From positions 3,716 through 67,715 of the IMG/VR virus record IMGVR_UViG_2775506814_000001: a DNA stretch of 64,000 nt. One strand, 5' to 3'. Both the position numbers and the translations under genes were made by a program. Numbering within the stretch: position 1 is the stretch's first letter; every line of letters starts with the position of its first letter. The notes under the pieces were generated by a model that was not told the DNA's origin, ran no database searches, and worked only from the letters and a program-made list of their open reading frames with translations. Positions 56,185 to 64,000 of this stretch are shown in pieces. Source of the DNA: a virus (lineage: Duplodnaviria > Caudoviricetes).

Positions 56185-57471
56185 TCAGGCGGCCTTGCGC
56201 GGCCCCTTGATCCGGGTGAGGGTTGCATCCACGCGCGACTCCTCGTCGTCGCTCGGCGCGCCGATGTCCGGGTTCTTGCCCGAGTCCATCGCATCACGGA
56301 AGGTCTTGCCGGTCGTGTTCTCGGCGCTTTCGGCCTTCTCCTCCGGCATGTCGCCGAGCATTTCGACGACAGTATCGGAATCGAGAGTCGCGAACTTGTC
56401 GCCGAGCGCCATCTTCAGAGCCATCTTGGGACGGCTCTTGCCGTTGTCGGAATTGACGATCGCAGCGATGCGCGAGCGCTCGGCCGTCGCACCGGCCTTG
56501 AGACCTTCGGTCTTGCCCTCTTCACGAGCCTTGTCGATGGACGCCTGATCGACGGCCGTCTGCTCACTGGTGTTCTGTCCCATCGCATTTCCCTTTCGAT
56601 TGGTGGACAGTTCTGCCGCAAACGCGGCGAGGCCGTCTTCGAGCGGGCCGATCTCGTCGGCGAGCCCGATGGACGTTGCTTGCGAGGCTGTGTAGGTCAG
56701 CGCCTCCGTATCCCGGATGACCTGTTCCTCCATGCCTCGATTCCGTGCCACGATCGACACGAACATGGCGCCAAGCTCATCAATGCGAGCCTGGATGCGA
56801 GCCTTCACATCATCTGGCAGCGGTTCATACGGGTTGCCGTCGACCTTGTGCTTGCCGAAGTGGATGAACGTGACCGCGATGCCGACACGATCGAGCGCCT
56901 TGCTCACATCGATATGAGCGGTCACCACGCCGATCGAGCCAACGCCGCCTGTTCTCGACACGACGATCGTGTCGGCGGCCGAGGCGATCGAATAGGCTGC
57001 CGAATAAGCGCTTTCGGCAGCAAACGCCCGCATCGGTTTTTGGCCTCGCCCTGCGTAGATCATGTCGACGAGATCGAAGTTCCCGGCGACCTCGCCACCT
57101 GGCGAGTCGATGACGAACGCGATCCCGTTGACTTTCGGATCGTTGAGCCCCCGCGAAAACGCACGCGCGATGTAGTCGTAGCCAGTCGCCCAGTCGTAGA
57201 GCTGCCAAGGGAAGTTGTTCAGCAGCACGCCGCGAACCGGAATTTGCAGGACACCATCTTTCACGACGTAGGGCCGATAGGCCGCTCGCCAGTCATTTTC
57301 TTCCGGCCAGAAATCGTCGATGAGCGCCATGCGGTCGCTCGACATTACGATCTTGTCGTAGACCTTCGCTCCCTCAACAACCAGGGACTGAAAGCGGGTT
57401 GCCTGTTCGATGGCGACCAGAGCCGGCTGCCCGTCGAAACGGGCGATCAGGGGGTTAAGCGGCGTTGTCAT
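56185..57471 (-). CDS. S49 prohead protease / scaffold
   Basis: IDSPGG, AYSAAYSIASAA, GSIGV. Confidence 0.92.
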   Translation of the reverse strand: MTTPLNPLIARFDGQPALVAIEQATRFQSLVVEGAKVYDKIVMSSDRMALIDDFWPEENDWRAAYRPYVVKDGVLQIPVRGVLLNNFPWQLYDWATGYDYIARAFSRGLNDPKVNGIAFVIDSPGGEVAGNFDLVDMIYAGRGQKPMRAFAAESAYSAAYSIASAADTIVVSRTGGVGSIGVVTAHIDVSKALDRVGIAVTFIHFGKHKVDGNPYEPLPDDVKARIQARIDELGAMFVSIVARNRGMEEQVIRDTEALTYTASQATSIGLADEIGPLEDGLAAFAAELSTNRKGNAMGQNTSEQTAVDQASIDKAREEGKTEGLKAGATAERSRIAAIVNSDNGKSRPKMALKMALGDKFATLDSDTVVEMLGDMPEEKAESAENTTGKTFRDAMDSGKNPDIGAPSDDEESRVDATLTRIKGPRKAA

Positions 57472-59188
57472 TGTTCTCCCCTGCGGCAGCGCTAACGCTT
57501 CCAGAAGCTGCGTTCACCGAGTTGTCCTGCGTGTCGGCGGCATCCCGCAAGCCGAGTTCTTCGGCTCGGTTGCGCTCGCGGGCGCGTTGCTTCAGAACCT
57601 GCCGCCAATCGCCGCCGAGCCGCGCGACTTCGCTTTCGAGCGTCGTCATATTGAACTTCATGCGCAGCGAGGCGGCTTGCGTTTCCTTGAGCTGGTCGAT
57701 CTGGCCGAGCGCGGCGCCGATCCACTCGCATTCAGTGATGGCTTCCATGACCAAGGGCTTGTAGAGCCAGGCGCTGTCATTCCCGAGCCGCCGCGGCAGT
57801 GACTCGATCATGCCACTGTTGATTGCTTCTTCGAGCCACAAGCGATAGACGATCGACGCGAAGGCGTCGGCGAGCAGGCCCTTGCAGGCCAGCATGTGCT
57901 TCCAGGTCTCGCCCATGGCCGCCTGCGCGGACGAATAGTTGGTCTCGCTGTAGTCGCGCGACAACTGCTCGTAGGAGACGTTGAGACAGGCAGCGATATG
58001 ACGGAGGAGCGACTTTTCAAGGTCGGTCCCGAGCGGGCCACCCTTCGCGGCCGGCTGCATATGCAGCTTCGAGCCTGGCGGTAGATGCGGAATGCGGACA
58101 CCGCCAAGTTGGAACTGGTCGCTCGCACCGATGTAGGAATCGACCGCCCCGAGGTAGGCCGCCATGTAGCTGGTAACGCTCTCGTCTATCTGCTGCGACA
58201 GGTCACCGTTGCCGACGTTGCCGCCGCCGAGGCGCTGGAAAATGACCGAGGTATCGAGATCGGATTCGATCGAGGCCGCGTAGGTCGCATTGACGACCGC
58301 ATTCTGCAAAACGATGTCGCGGAAATCCTTCGTCATCCGCATCTCTTTGAGCGCGGCAACCAATGGTGCCATGCCCCGCGTCTGATTGGGGCGGGTCTGC
58401 TCGTAAAGATGGATGACCTGCGGGCGCCCCCACGGCTTCTTGGCCGGGATCCGCTCCCACTCGTATTGCGACGCGAGCCAGTATGCTCCTGGCGGGGCTT
58501 TTCTCACGTGGTAGGCAACAGGGACATGTCGTTTGTTGACCTCGACCCCACCAACGATGAACGGGTTCGAACCTCCGAGTGCCGGGTTCGACAGCCGGTC
58601 AAGGTCGAGCATGCGGATCGCCGTGTTGAACGGGCGGATTTCCGCGTCGTCCCGGATCCATTCAACCGCGGCCAGAACCTCACCTGTGGCGAAATACGTG
58701 CCGACGGCCTGACGAATGAGCTGCGTGAAAGTGTTCCGTCGACCCCCGTCAACCCAATGCGCGCGCGAGTTTGCCCACAGCCCGAACTTGGTTTCGACTT
58801 CTGTCTGGAACTCTTCCTCCCAGACTTCGTCGTCCTTGCCGAAGACGATCTGCGACACGGGCTTGGCGTTGAGAATGTATTTGCCGCCGACGATGTGGTC
58901 CTTGTGGATCGTCTGCCCGGAACGCACATAGGCATCATTGTTGATCGTGTCGCGGACACGCGCATCTGCGAGGCGTTTTTGAGGCAGGATGTCCTGATCG
59001 GCAGACCGGCTCGGCGGGTTCCACATCGCGAGTTCGCGCGACTTCCGGGACGCCCCCTCATAGGCATCGCCAACAATCGCCATCTCCTTGCTCGCGCCGC
59101 CCGGCACCCTGACACCGGACGGCGCGAGCGTGCCGAGGTCGTCGGACGACGGCCCCAACACATCCGCGTATCGCTGTGGATTCTTCAC
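57455..59188 (-). CDS. Portal protein (lambda family)
   Basis: Q.RG, SYEQLSRDYS.TNYSSA, ID.LKE. Confidence 0.93.
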   Translation of the reverse strand: MKNPQRYADVLGPSSDDLGTLAPSGVRVPGGASKEMAIVGDAYEGASRKSRELAMWNPPSRSADQDILPQKRLADARVRDTINNDAYVRSGQTIHKDHIVGGKYILNAKPVSQIVFGKDDEVWEEEFQTEVETKFGLWANSRAHWVDGGRRNTFTQLIRQAVGTYFATGEVLAAVEWIRDDAEIRPFNTAIRMLDLDRLSNPALGGSNPFIVGGVEVNKRHVPVAYHVRKAPPGAYWLASQYEWERIPAKKPWGRPQVIHLYEQTRPNQTRGMAPLVAALKEMRMTKDFRDIVLQNAVVNATYAASIESDLDTSVIFQRLGGGNVGNGDLSQQIDESVTSYMAAYLGAVDSYIGASDQFQLGGVRIPHLPPGSKLHMQPAAKGGPLGTDLEKSLLRHIAACLNVSYEQLSRDYSETNYSSAQAAMGETWKHMLACKGLLADAFASIVYRLWLEEAINSGMIESLPRRLGNDSAWLYKPLVMEAITECEWIGAALGQIDQLKETQAASLRMKFNMTTLESEVARLGGDWRQVLKQRARERNRAEELGLRDAADTQDNSVNAASGSVSAAAGENNDNAA

Positions 59189-59394
59189 GGGCGCCCCCAG
59201 AATTGCATCGGGGCAATGGACGTTTCATTCACCTGCCGGCGAAGATCGGCGATGTAATTCTGCAAGCGAATAACGTTGGCGGCCGAATAGCGGATGCGCT
59301 CACCGTTCTGGTCAACGACCTCCAGAACGCCGCGGCCCGTCTGCCAATCATGCAGGGCGTTTTCAGCGTCCGTAAGTCGTTCCTGCAGAGTCAT
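59185..59394 (-). CDS. Head-tail joining protein (gpW)
   Basis: AE.ALH...TG......DQNGE...Y. Confidence 0.88.
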   Translation of the reverse strand: MTLQERLTDAENALHDWQTGRGVLEVVDQNGERIRYSAANVIRLQNYIADLRRQVNETSIAPMQFWGRP

Positions 59395-59468
59395 GGCGCC
59401 GCCATAGGTTTTGAAATGATCACTAGGCTATAATCAACATATGGTTGGTTAGCAACTTTTTTGTTGAT

Positions 59469-61568
59469 TTAGGTGAGGCGCTTTGCGAGCGCGCTGAGGT
59501 CATATTTCTTGGGTTTTGCAGGCATGACCGGGTTCTCATCCTGCTCGCCGAAAACCAGTGCGTTCTTGTCCCACTCGGCTGCCCACGGCGGGGGCTTATC
59601 CCAGAAACCGGCACGCAAGGCCCGGACTTCCTCATGGCGCAGCAGCGCCAGGGCGTAATAGGACAAGTCCCACGCCTCGTTATGGACCCGGTGATTGGCA
59701 GGCTTCTCCCAACCTTTGTCCGTGCGCACTTCAGATGTCATCTGAGTGTAGAACCACTTCGGCGCCCAGATCGGGAATGTCCAGTATCCGCCACCTTTAT
59801 CCTGACGCGAGAGAAAGCCGTTCAGCGCATCCTTCATATCGTTCGAGTTGATGAAGCCGACAGGCACATCACCACGCGCCGCCGTGAATTTGTCCTTCTG
59901 GTTCGCGTCAGGAAACTTCTTCGTATAGGCGGGCACCGTTTTCAGTGGGTCGCCTTTGACGAGCTGGAAACGGTTCGATAGGCCGTGCTCGGTGTGAAGC
60001 CGCCGCCAGAACTCCCTGGCCTGGATCGAGACACCTTCCTTGCCGCCATAGTCGCAGCCGGTCAACTTGATTGACATGCGACGGCCTGACTGATCGGCAA
60101 GGGGGTAGCTCCGTTTGATCACTTCACCGATCAGCAGATCCCAGTCTTCGGCATAGGCGCTCGGATCGAGCGGCAGGCGTTCATCGTCCTCGTCCCGCCG
60201 CTCGCTCTTGAGAAGACGGAACATGTCGATGACCCAGGCATCGTTGTGCAGGCCGAAACCGGTGACCTGCACAACAAACCCGGACCGGGAGCCCGACTGC
60301 ACGTCAACCGTTGCGATGATAAAACGGACACCGGGCGGAACCGTCGGATTCTCTTTCGTCGTTCCCCAGTCCTCGGCGTGCTCCATCAGATTTTCAGATG
60401 AGCGGGATTCCGCCAATGCCTTCGGTAGATAAGCCTCGCCCTGATCCGCCGTTACGGTCTTCTTCAGGGGGTTCTCGTCGCCGGTGTTTTCGTAGACATC
60501 GACGGCCTGCAGATAGGCGAAAACAAGGCTCTGCCAATCCTGGAATGCTGCGGCCGGGCCTTTGAGCCAAAACGAGGCGATATCCGTCCGGATCGGCTGT
60601 CCGACGATCGATCCATCCGGCAGCCATAGCATGCCCTCGCGGATCCACCGCCCTTTCGAGTTGAGTTCGCGCTTGAATGACGGGTCAATGTCCATCCGGC
60701 AATGCGGACATTGCATCGTCACCATCTGCGCCGCTTCCCAGTTGTCCGCGGACTTCGGGTATTTCAGAAGGCCGAAATGCGGCTCAAACGGGTTGTCGCA
60801 GTAGGGGCAGCGCCAGTTCCATCTGCGGCGGTCGCCTCGATTGTAAAGGGAGAGGATGCCGCCATGCACAGGCGGGGCCTCATGCGGGGTCTTGCGGATC
60901 CATTTAGGATCCCTGATCTCGCGACCAGGCGACGACTCCGCGAACGTCATTCCGAAACGCTTGAAGGTTTCTGAGCGTTTCATCGCCAAATCGAACGCCG
61001 GCCCTTCCGACGCGATGTCATCCTCCATGCGGTCATAATCAGCCAGGCACAACCTGGGTATTGTTTTTCCGGAAAGCTCGGTGATCGACGGCCAGCGGAG
61101 AAGCAGACGCATCCCGCTTTTGAATCTCTTGTCGAACACGTTGTCGGAATGGCGACCGGGGATCAGGCGGCTCCCCAACTCTTTGGTGTTGCGGAAAACC
61201 TTGCCGAGATCGCCCTGAGAGATATCGCGAGACACTTCCTTCGTCATGCCGATGAACATCATGTCGGCGGGGTCGCAGATGGCAGTATGAGTCAGCCAGT
61301 TGTAGAAAATGTCCGTTTTGCCAATTCGCGCCGCTCCGGCAAGGACGACCCCTCTGAAGTCCAAACTCGTCAGGGTGTCCATAACCTCGACGAGATACGG
61401 CGTTTTCTCGTTTTTCCAATAGCCGACGTAGGAGCCGGGGTTATCCAGATATCGGTACTTCGTTGCCGCCTCAGACACGGTAATACGCTCTGGCGGGCGC
61501 ACCATCTCTGACGCTGCGATAACGATTTCTTCCAGGGTCGCAAATTCATGCGGACGGGACAGTTTCAT
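59469..61568 (-). CDS. Terminase large subunit (lambda GpA family)
   Basis: TPYLVE.MD, GAARIGKT, ESSP, DRRRW.W.CPYC, TVDVQ, NEAWD. Confidence 0.95.
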   Translation of the reverse strand: MKLSRPHEFATLEEIVIAASEMVRPPERITVSEAATKYRYLDNPGSYVGYWKNEKTPYLVEVMDTLTSLDFRGVVLAGAARIGKTDIFYNWLTHTAICDPADMMFIGMTKEVSRDISQGDLGKVFRNTKELGSRLIPGRHSDNVFDKRFKSGMRLLLRWPSITELSGKTIPRLCLADYDRMEDDIASEGPAFDLAMKRSETFKRFGMTFAESSPGREIRDPKWIRKTPHEAPPVHGGILSLYNRGDRRRWNWRCPYCDNPFEPHFGLLKYPKSADNWEAAQMVTMQCPHCRMDIDPSFKRELNSKGRWIREGMLWLPDGSIVGQPIRTDIASFWLKGPAAAFQDWQSLVFAYLQAVDVYENTGDENPLKKTVTADQGEAYLPKALAESRSSENLMEHAEDWGTTKENPTVPPGVRFIIATVDVQSGSRSGFVVQVTGFGLHNDAWVIDMFRLLKSERRDEDDERLPLDPSAYAEDWDLLIGEVIKRSYPLADQSGRRMSIKLTGCDYGGKEGVSIQAREFWRRLHTEHGLSNRFQLVKGDPLKTVPAYTKKFPDANQKDKFTAARGDVPVGFINSNDMKDALNGFLSRQDKGGGYWTFPIWAPKWFYTQMTSEVRTDKGWEKPANHRVHNEAWDLSYYALALLRHEEVRALRAGFWDKPPPWAAEWDKNALVFGEQDENPVMPAKPKKYDLSALAKRLT

Positions 61569-62184
61569 CGTCAAGCGTCGCCAGATAGCTTTCGGTTGCG
61601 CTGGATTGCGCCTGGTGCACAAGTGATGTCTGGATGTCGCTCATCAGACGGTCGGACAGTTCGACGACAAGGTTGCGCTGATCGGGAGTGAGCCCGAGGC
61701 TCTCTTCAACTGTGTCCGCCCAGAGTTGCGTTGCCTTCTTGATTGCTTTGAAGGTCTCGCCGAGCACGTCCAAGACCGACGCCGTCGACCACAGATCGCC
61801 AGCGGCAGCGCGGAACTTCAGTTCCTTCATCTTGGCATTCCAGAAGGACTCTCGAAGTCGTTCGGGGAGATCGTCGGCCTTGAGGGAGGCGAGGGCGGCC
61901 GACAACTCGCGCTCGGGGCGAACCAGATAACCGGCAGCCGTTCGCAGATCGTAGAACTTGCGAACCCCTTTCCGACTTTTGATGGGGCACGGGCGCAAGG
62001 CGCTGGCAACATCCTTGCGGTTCATGCCGAATGCCGCAGCGAGCCAGTCAACGGATACACCATCCGTCGGAGGCATAGCCTCTTCAGCACCGTGTTCCTG
62101 AACAACAGCGGGTGCTGTCTGTCCTCTGCGGACAGGGCCACCATCATCAAAGCCGAGCACATCGCTATAGCGTCCACCGTACAT
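61546..62184 (-). CDS. Terminase small subunit (DUF1441-like)
   Basis: HTH, AAGYLV.P, FW.A, GDLW.T..V; upstream of terL. Confidence 0.85.
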   Translation of the reverse strand: MYGGRYSDVLGFDDGGPVRRGQTAPAVVQEHGAEEAMPPTDGVSVDWLAAAFGMNRKDVASALRPCPIKSRKGVRKFYDLRTAAGYLVRPERELSAALASLKADDLPERLRESFWNAKMKELKFRAAAGDLWSTASVLDVLGETFKAIKKATQLWADTVEESLGLTPDQRNLVVELSDRLMSDIQTSLVHQAQSSATESYLATLDDETVPSA

Positions 62185-62194
62185 GCTCGATCGC

Positions 62195-62398
62195 TCACCG
62201 GTCGTTGAGTTTCTGGCCTATCCAGTCGTTGATCTCGGCATCCGAGAACATGGTCAGCTTTCCCATCTTCACCGGCTTCGGAAACGTCTCGTCGTTCTTG
62301 AGCATCCGGTAGAATGTCGCACGAGAGACATTCAGCATCGTGGTCACGTTCTCCACGCGCAGCAGTCGCCTGGGCGGGTCGCTCAATCCGACACTCAT
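62195..62398 (-). CDS. AlpA-family excisionase/regulator
   Basis: LLR...V...L.VSRATFYR....TFPKPVK.G....FS..EI..WI. Confidence 0.88.
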   Translation of the reverse strand: MSVGLSDPPRRLLRVENVTTMLNVSRATFYRMLKNDETFPKPVKMGKLTMFSDAEINDWIGQKLNDR

Positions 62399-62493
62399 TG
62401 GTCCACCTTCGCTAATCAACTGAAATTCAACTTAGACACTTTTTTGTTGACTCGCAAGGTGGCCTATAGCAAATATCGGCGCGTAAGCAACGG

Positions 62494-62570
62494 CCGGGTG
62501 TAGCGCAGTCAGGTAGCGCACGTGTTTTGGGAGCACGGGGTCGCAGGTTCAAATCCCGCCGCCCGGACCA
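62494..62570 (+). tRNA. tRNA-Pro(UGG)
   Basis: 77-nt cloverleaf: CCGGGTG/CGCCCGG acceptor, CGTGT-TTTGGGA-GCACG anticodon arm, TTCAAAT T-loop, CCA; one A-C mismatch in the T-stem. Confidence 0.9.
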
Positions 62571-62591
62571 CTTCACCCTGAGAGGAACGAG

Positions 62592-62783
62592 ATGGAACCG
62601 AAAGCCGTGTTCAAGTTTGAAATGAATCAGCGCGTGGCGCTCTCGATGAGCGGCGAGTACGGCGTCGTCATTGGCCGCGCGGAATACCTCGACCTCGCGC
62701 CTCAGTATTACATTCGCTATGTCGATGGCACCGACCGACAGGTCCAGGACTGGATCCCTGAAAGCGCCCTGACGGCGCTCTGA
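62592..62783 (+). CDS. Small hypothetical protein
   Basis: SD GAGG; FKFE..Q.V....SGE.G.VIGRAEY. Confidence 0.75.
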   Translation: MEPKAVFKFEMNQRVALSMSGEYGVVIGRAEYLDLAPQYYIRYVDGTDRQVQDWIPESALTAL

Positions 62784-62806
62784 ACGGACCAGTATCTGAA
62801 CCGCAC

Positions 62807-62843
62807 AAAGGCGGGAAGCTACGTCAGGACGCTTCCCGCCTTT
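62807..62843. terminator. 13-bp inverted repeat at the convergent integrase end
   Basis: AAAGGCGGGAAGC...GCTTCCCGCCTTT. Confidence 0.6.
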
Positions 62844-64000
62844 AACGTGTCCACAATGTCAGCCCAGGCCTGCATCAGCTTCTTGCGCTCGTCCCAGTAT
62901 CTTGCCCGATTGTAAATCCCGCGCACACTGCCATCCTTGTGGGCGAGGGCCGTCTCAATCAGTTCCGCATCGAAGCCGCGCTCGTTGAGTATAGTCGAAA
63001 ATGACGAGCGAAAACCGTGCGCCGTGTGCTCTGTTTTCAGATACCCCATTCGGCGCAACGCCGCGTTCATTGAATTTTCGCTAAGGGGTGTTGTGTTTGA
63101 GCGAATCGACGGGAAGACCAGGTCGGTGTCGAAGGCGATTTCACGCGCCTGTTTGAGGACCGCGATTGCCTGCTCGCTCAGGGCAACCTGATGTTCTTTT
63201 CGCATCTTCATCCGCTCGGCCGGCACGGACCAGAGCGCCTTTTCACAGTCAATCTCCGTCCATGTCGCATGCCGGACCTCTCCCGGCCGGGCCGCAGTCA
63301 GTGCCGTGAACATCATTGCAAGGCGTAGGGTCGGCCACCCGTCATATTCGTCCACGGCCCGGATGAGTCCACCAAACTTAGTCTCATCGGTTACCGCGGC
63401 GTGACTGACCACCCTTGGCCGCTTTGTAGCGCCGACAAGAAAGGACGCCGGATCCATGTCAGCGCGAAGGGTCACGATCGCCAGCCGAAAGACTTTGCTG
63501 ATCACCGCTCGAAGGCGTAGCGCTGTCTCGAGTCGACCCGAGTTTTCGCATCGCTTGATCTCATCGAGAATATGCCTGGCAGTGATGGATTTGATCGGTC
63601 GAGACAAAAAGCCCCTGGAGGGAAGCTTCTTCAGCAGCCACTCGTTCTTGGTCAAGGTCGCGTTCGCGACCCCCTCATCCCGCATGCGCTGGAGGTATTC
63701 GTCGGCCAGTTTTTCGAACGTATGCTCTGCCCCGTCGAGGTTTGCACCACGCTCGCTTTGCCGCTTCTCGCTCGGATCGCGCCCCTGCGCCAAGGTCTTT
63801 CGGACCTCGACCAACTCGCTTCTTGCGGTCGCAAGGCTCACGGCCGGATACACCCCCAGGCCGATCGTCTTGCGCTTTCCGCCGTATCGGTAATCGAAGC
63901 GCCAGGCTTTCGCGCCGTTGGTTTTGACGAGCAGATAGAGCCCATCCCGATCAGCCATCTTGTAGGGCTTTTCTTTGGCAGCGGCCTTACGCACGGCCAT
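62819..64000 (-). CDS. int: Tyrosine integrase (P4-like, with arm-binding domain)
   Basis: YK..D.DGLYL.V..NG.K.WRF.YR; R(PGE), HGFR, LAH, YNR catalytic residues; true start may lie beyond the window. Confidence 0.95.
   Translation of the reverse strand: MAVRKAAAKEKPYKMADRDGLYLLVKTNGAKAWRFDYRYGGKRKTIGLGVYPAVSLATARSELVEVRKTLAQGRDPSEKRQSERGANLDGAEHTFEKLADEYLQRMRDEGVANATLTKNEWLLKKLPSRGFLSRPIKSITARHILDEIKRCENSGRLETALRLRAVISKVFRLAIVTLRADMDPASFLVGATKRPRVVSHAAVTDETKFGGLIRAVDEYDGWPTLRLAMMFTALTAARPGEVRHATWTEIDCEKALWSVPAERMKMRKEHQVALSEQAIAVLKQAREIAFDTDLVFPSIRSNTTPLSENSMNAALRRMGYLKTEHTAHGFRSSFSTILNERGFDAELIETALAHKDGSVRGIYNRARYWDERKKLMQAWADIVDTLKAGSVLT

Larger units (their letters stand above)
1..64000. 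mobile_element. Chi-like temperate siphovirus (prophage), nearly complete
   Basis: Head, tail, lysis, replication and integration modules all present; no host genes visible. Confidence 0.9.

Noticed and set aside
838-62450. The 15-bp repeat as a host CtrA box
   Set aside because: The CtrA consensus is TTAA-N7-TTAA, which does not match TCAAC-N5-GTTGA.
62494-62570. tRNA-Pro as the attL/attR boundary
   Set aside because: Phage genes lie on both sides and I saw no duplicate of its 3' end in the window.

Overview
The window is almost the whole genome of a temperate, long-tailed phage, probably an integrated prophage of a Rhizobiales/alphaproteobacterial host (GapR homologue, high GC). Its gene order is Chi-like (Casjensviridae-like) and circularly permuted. 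From left to right: a replication module on the minus strand (SNF2 helicase cut by the window edge, VRR-NUC, two-frame C5 methyltransferase, family-B DNA polymerase, exonuclease, DUF2815 SSB, DUF2800 nuclease, Tad2-like protein) with a divergent HTH and primase; tRNA-Lys inside a highly structured non-coding region; a 9-bp iteron cluster and a lambda/Chi-like cos site at about 14.85 kb; an early gene cluster (15-21 kb); a serine resolvase, J-domain protein, lysis cassette and second depolymerase; a ParB/GapR/N6-N4-methylase block; tail and head genes with a lambda-type terminase, portal, S49 protease and capsid; AlpA-like excisionase, tRNA-Pro and a tyrosine integrase at the right edge. The att sites lie outside the window. 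The most unusual signals are: (1) short peptide tags shared by many unrelated phage proteins, mostly at their termini and encoded with different codons ([RD]-Y-[SA]-D-V-L-G in primase, methylase, portal, TerS and two small proteins; P-L-x-x-F-L-x-x-L-L in polymerase, helicase, methylase beta and two small proteins; acidic-M/I C-termini); (2) a roughly 700-nt multi-stem candidate ncRNA region around tRNA-Lys; (3) about 30 copies of a 15-bp TCAAC-N5-G(T/G)TGA element oriented with transcription across the genome. All calls come from reading the sequence; no database searches were run.
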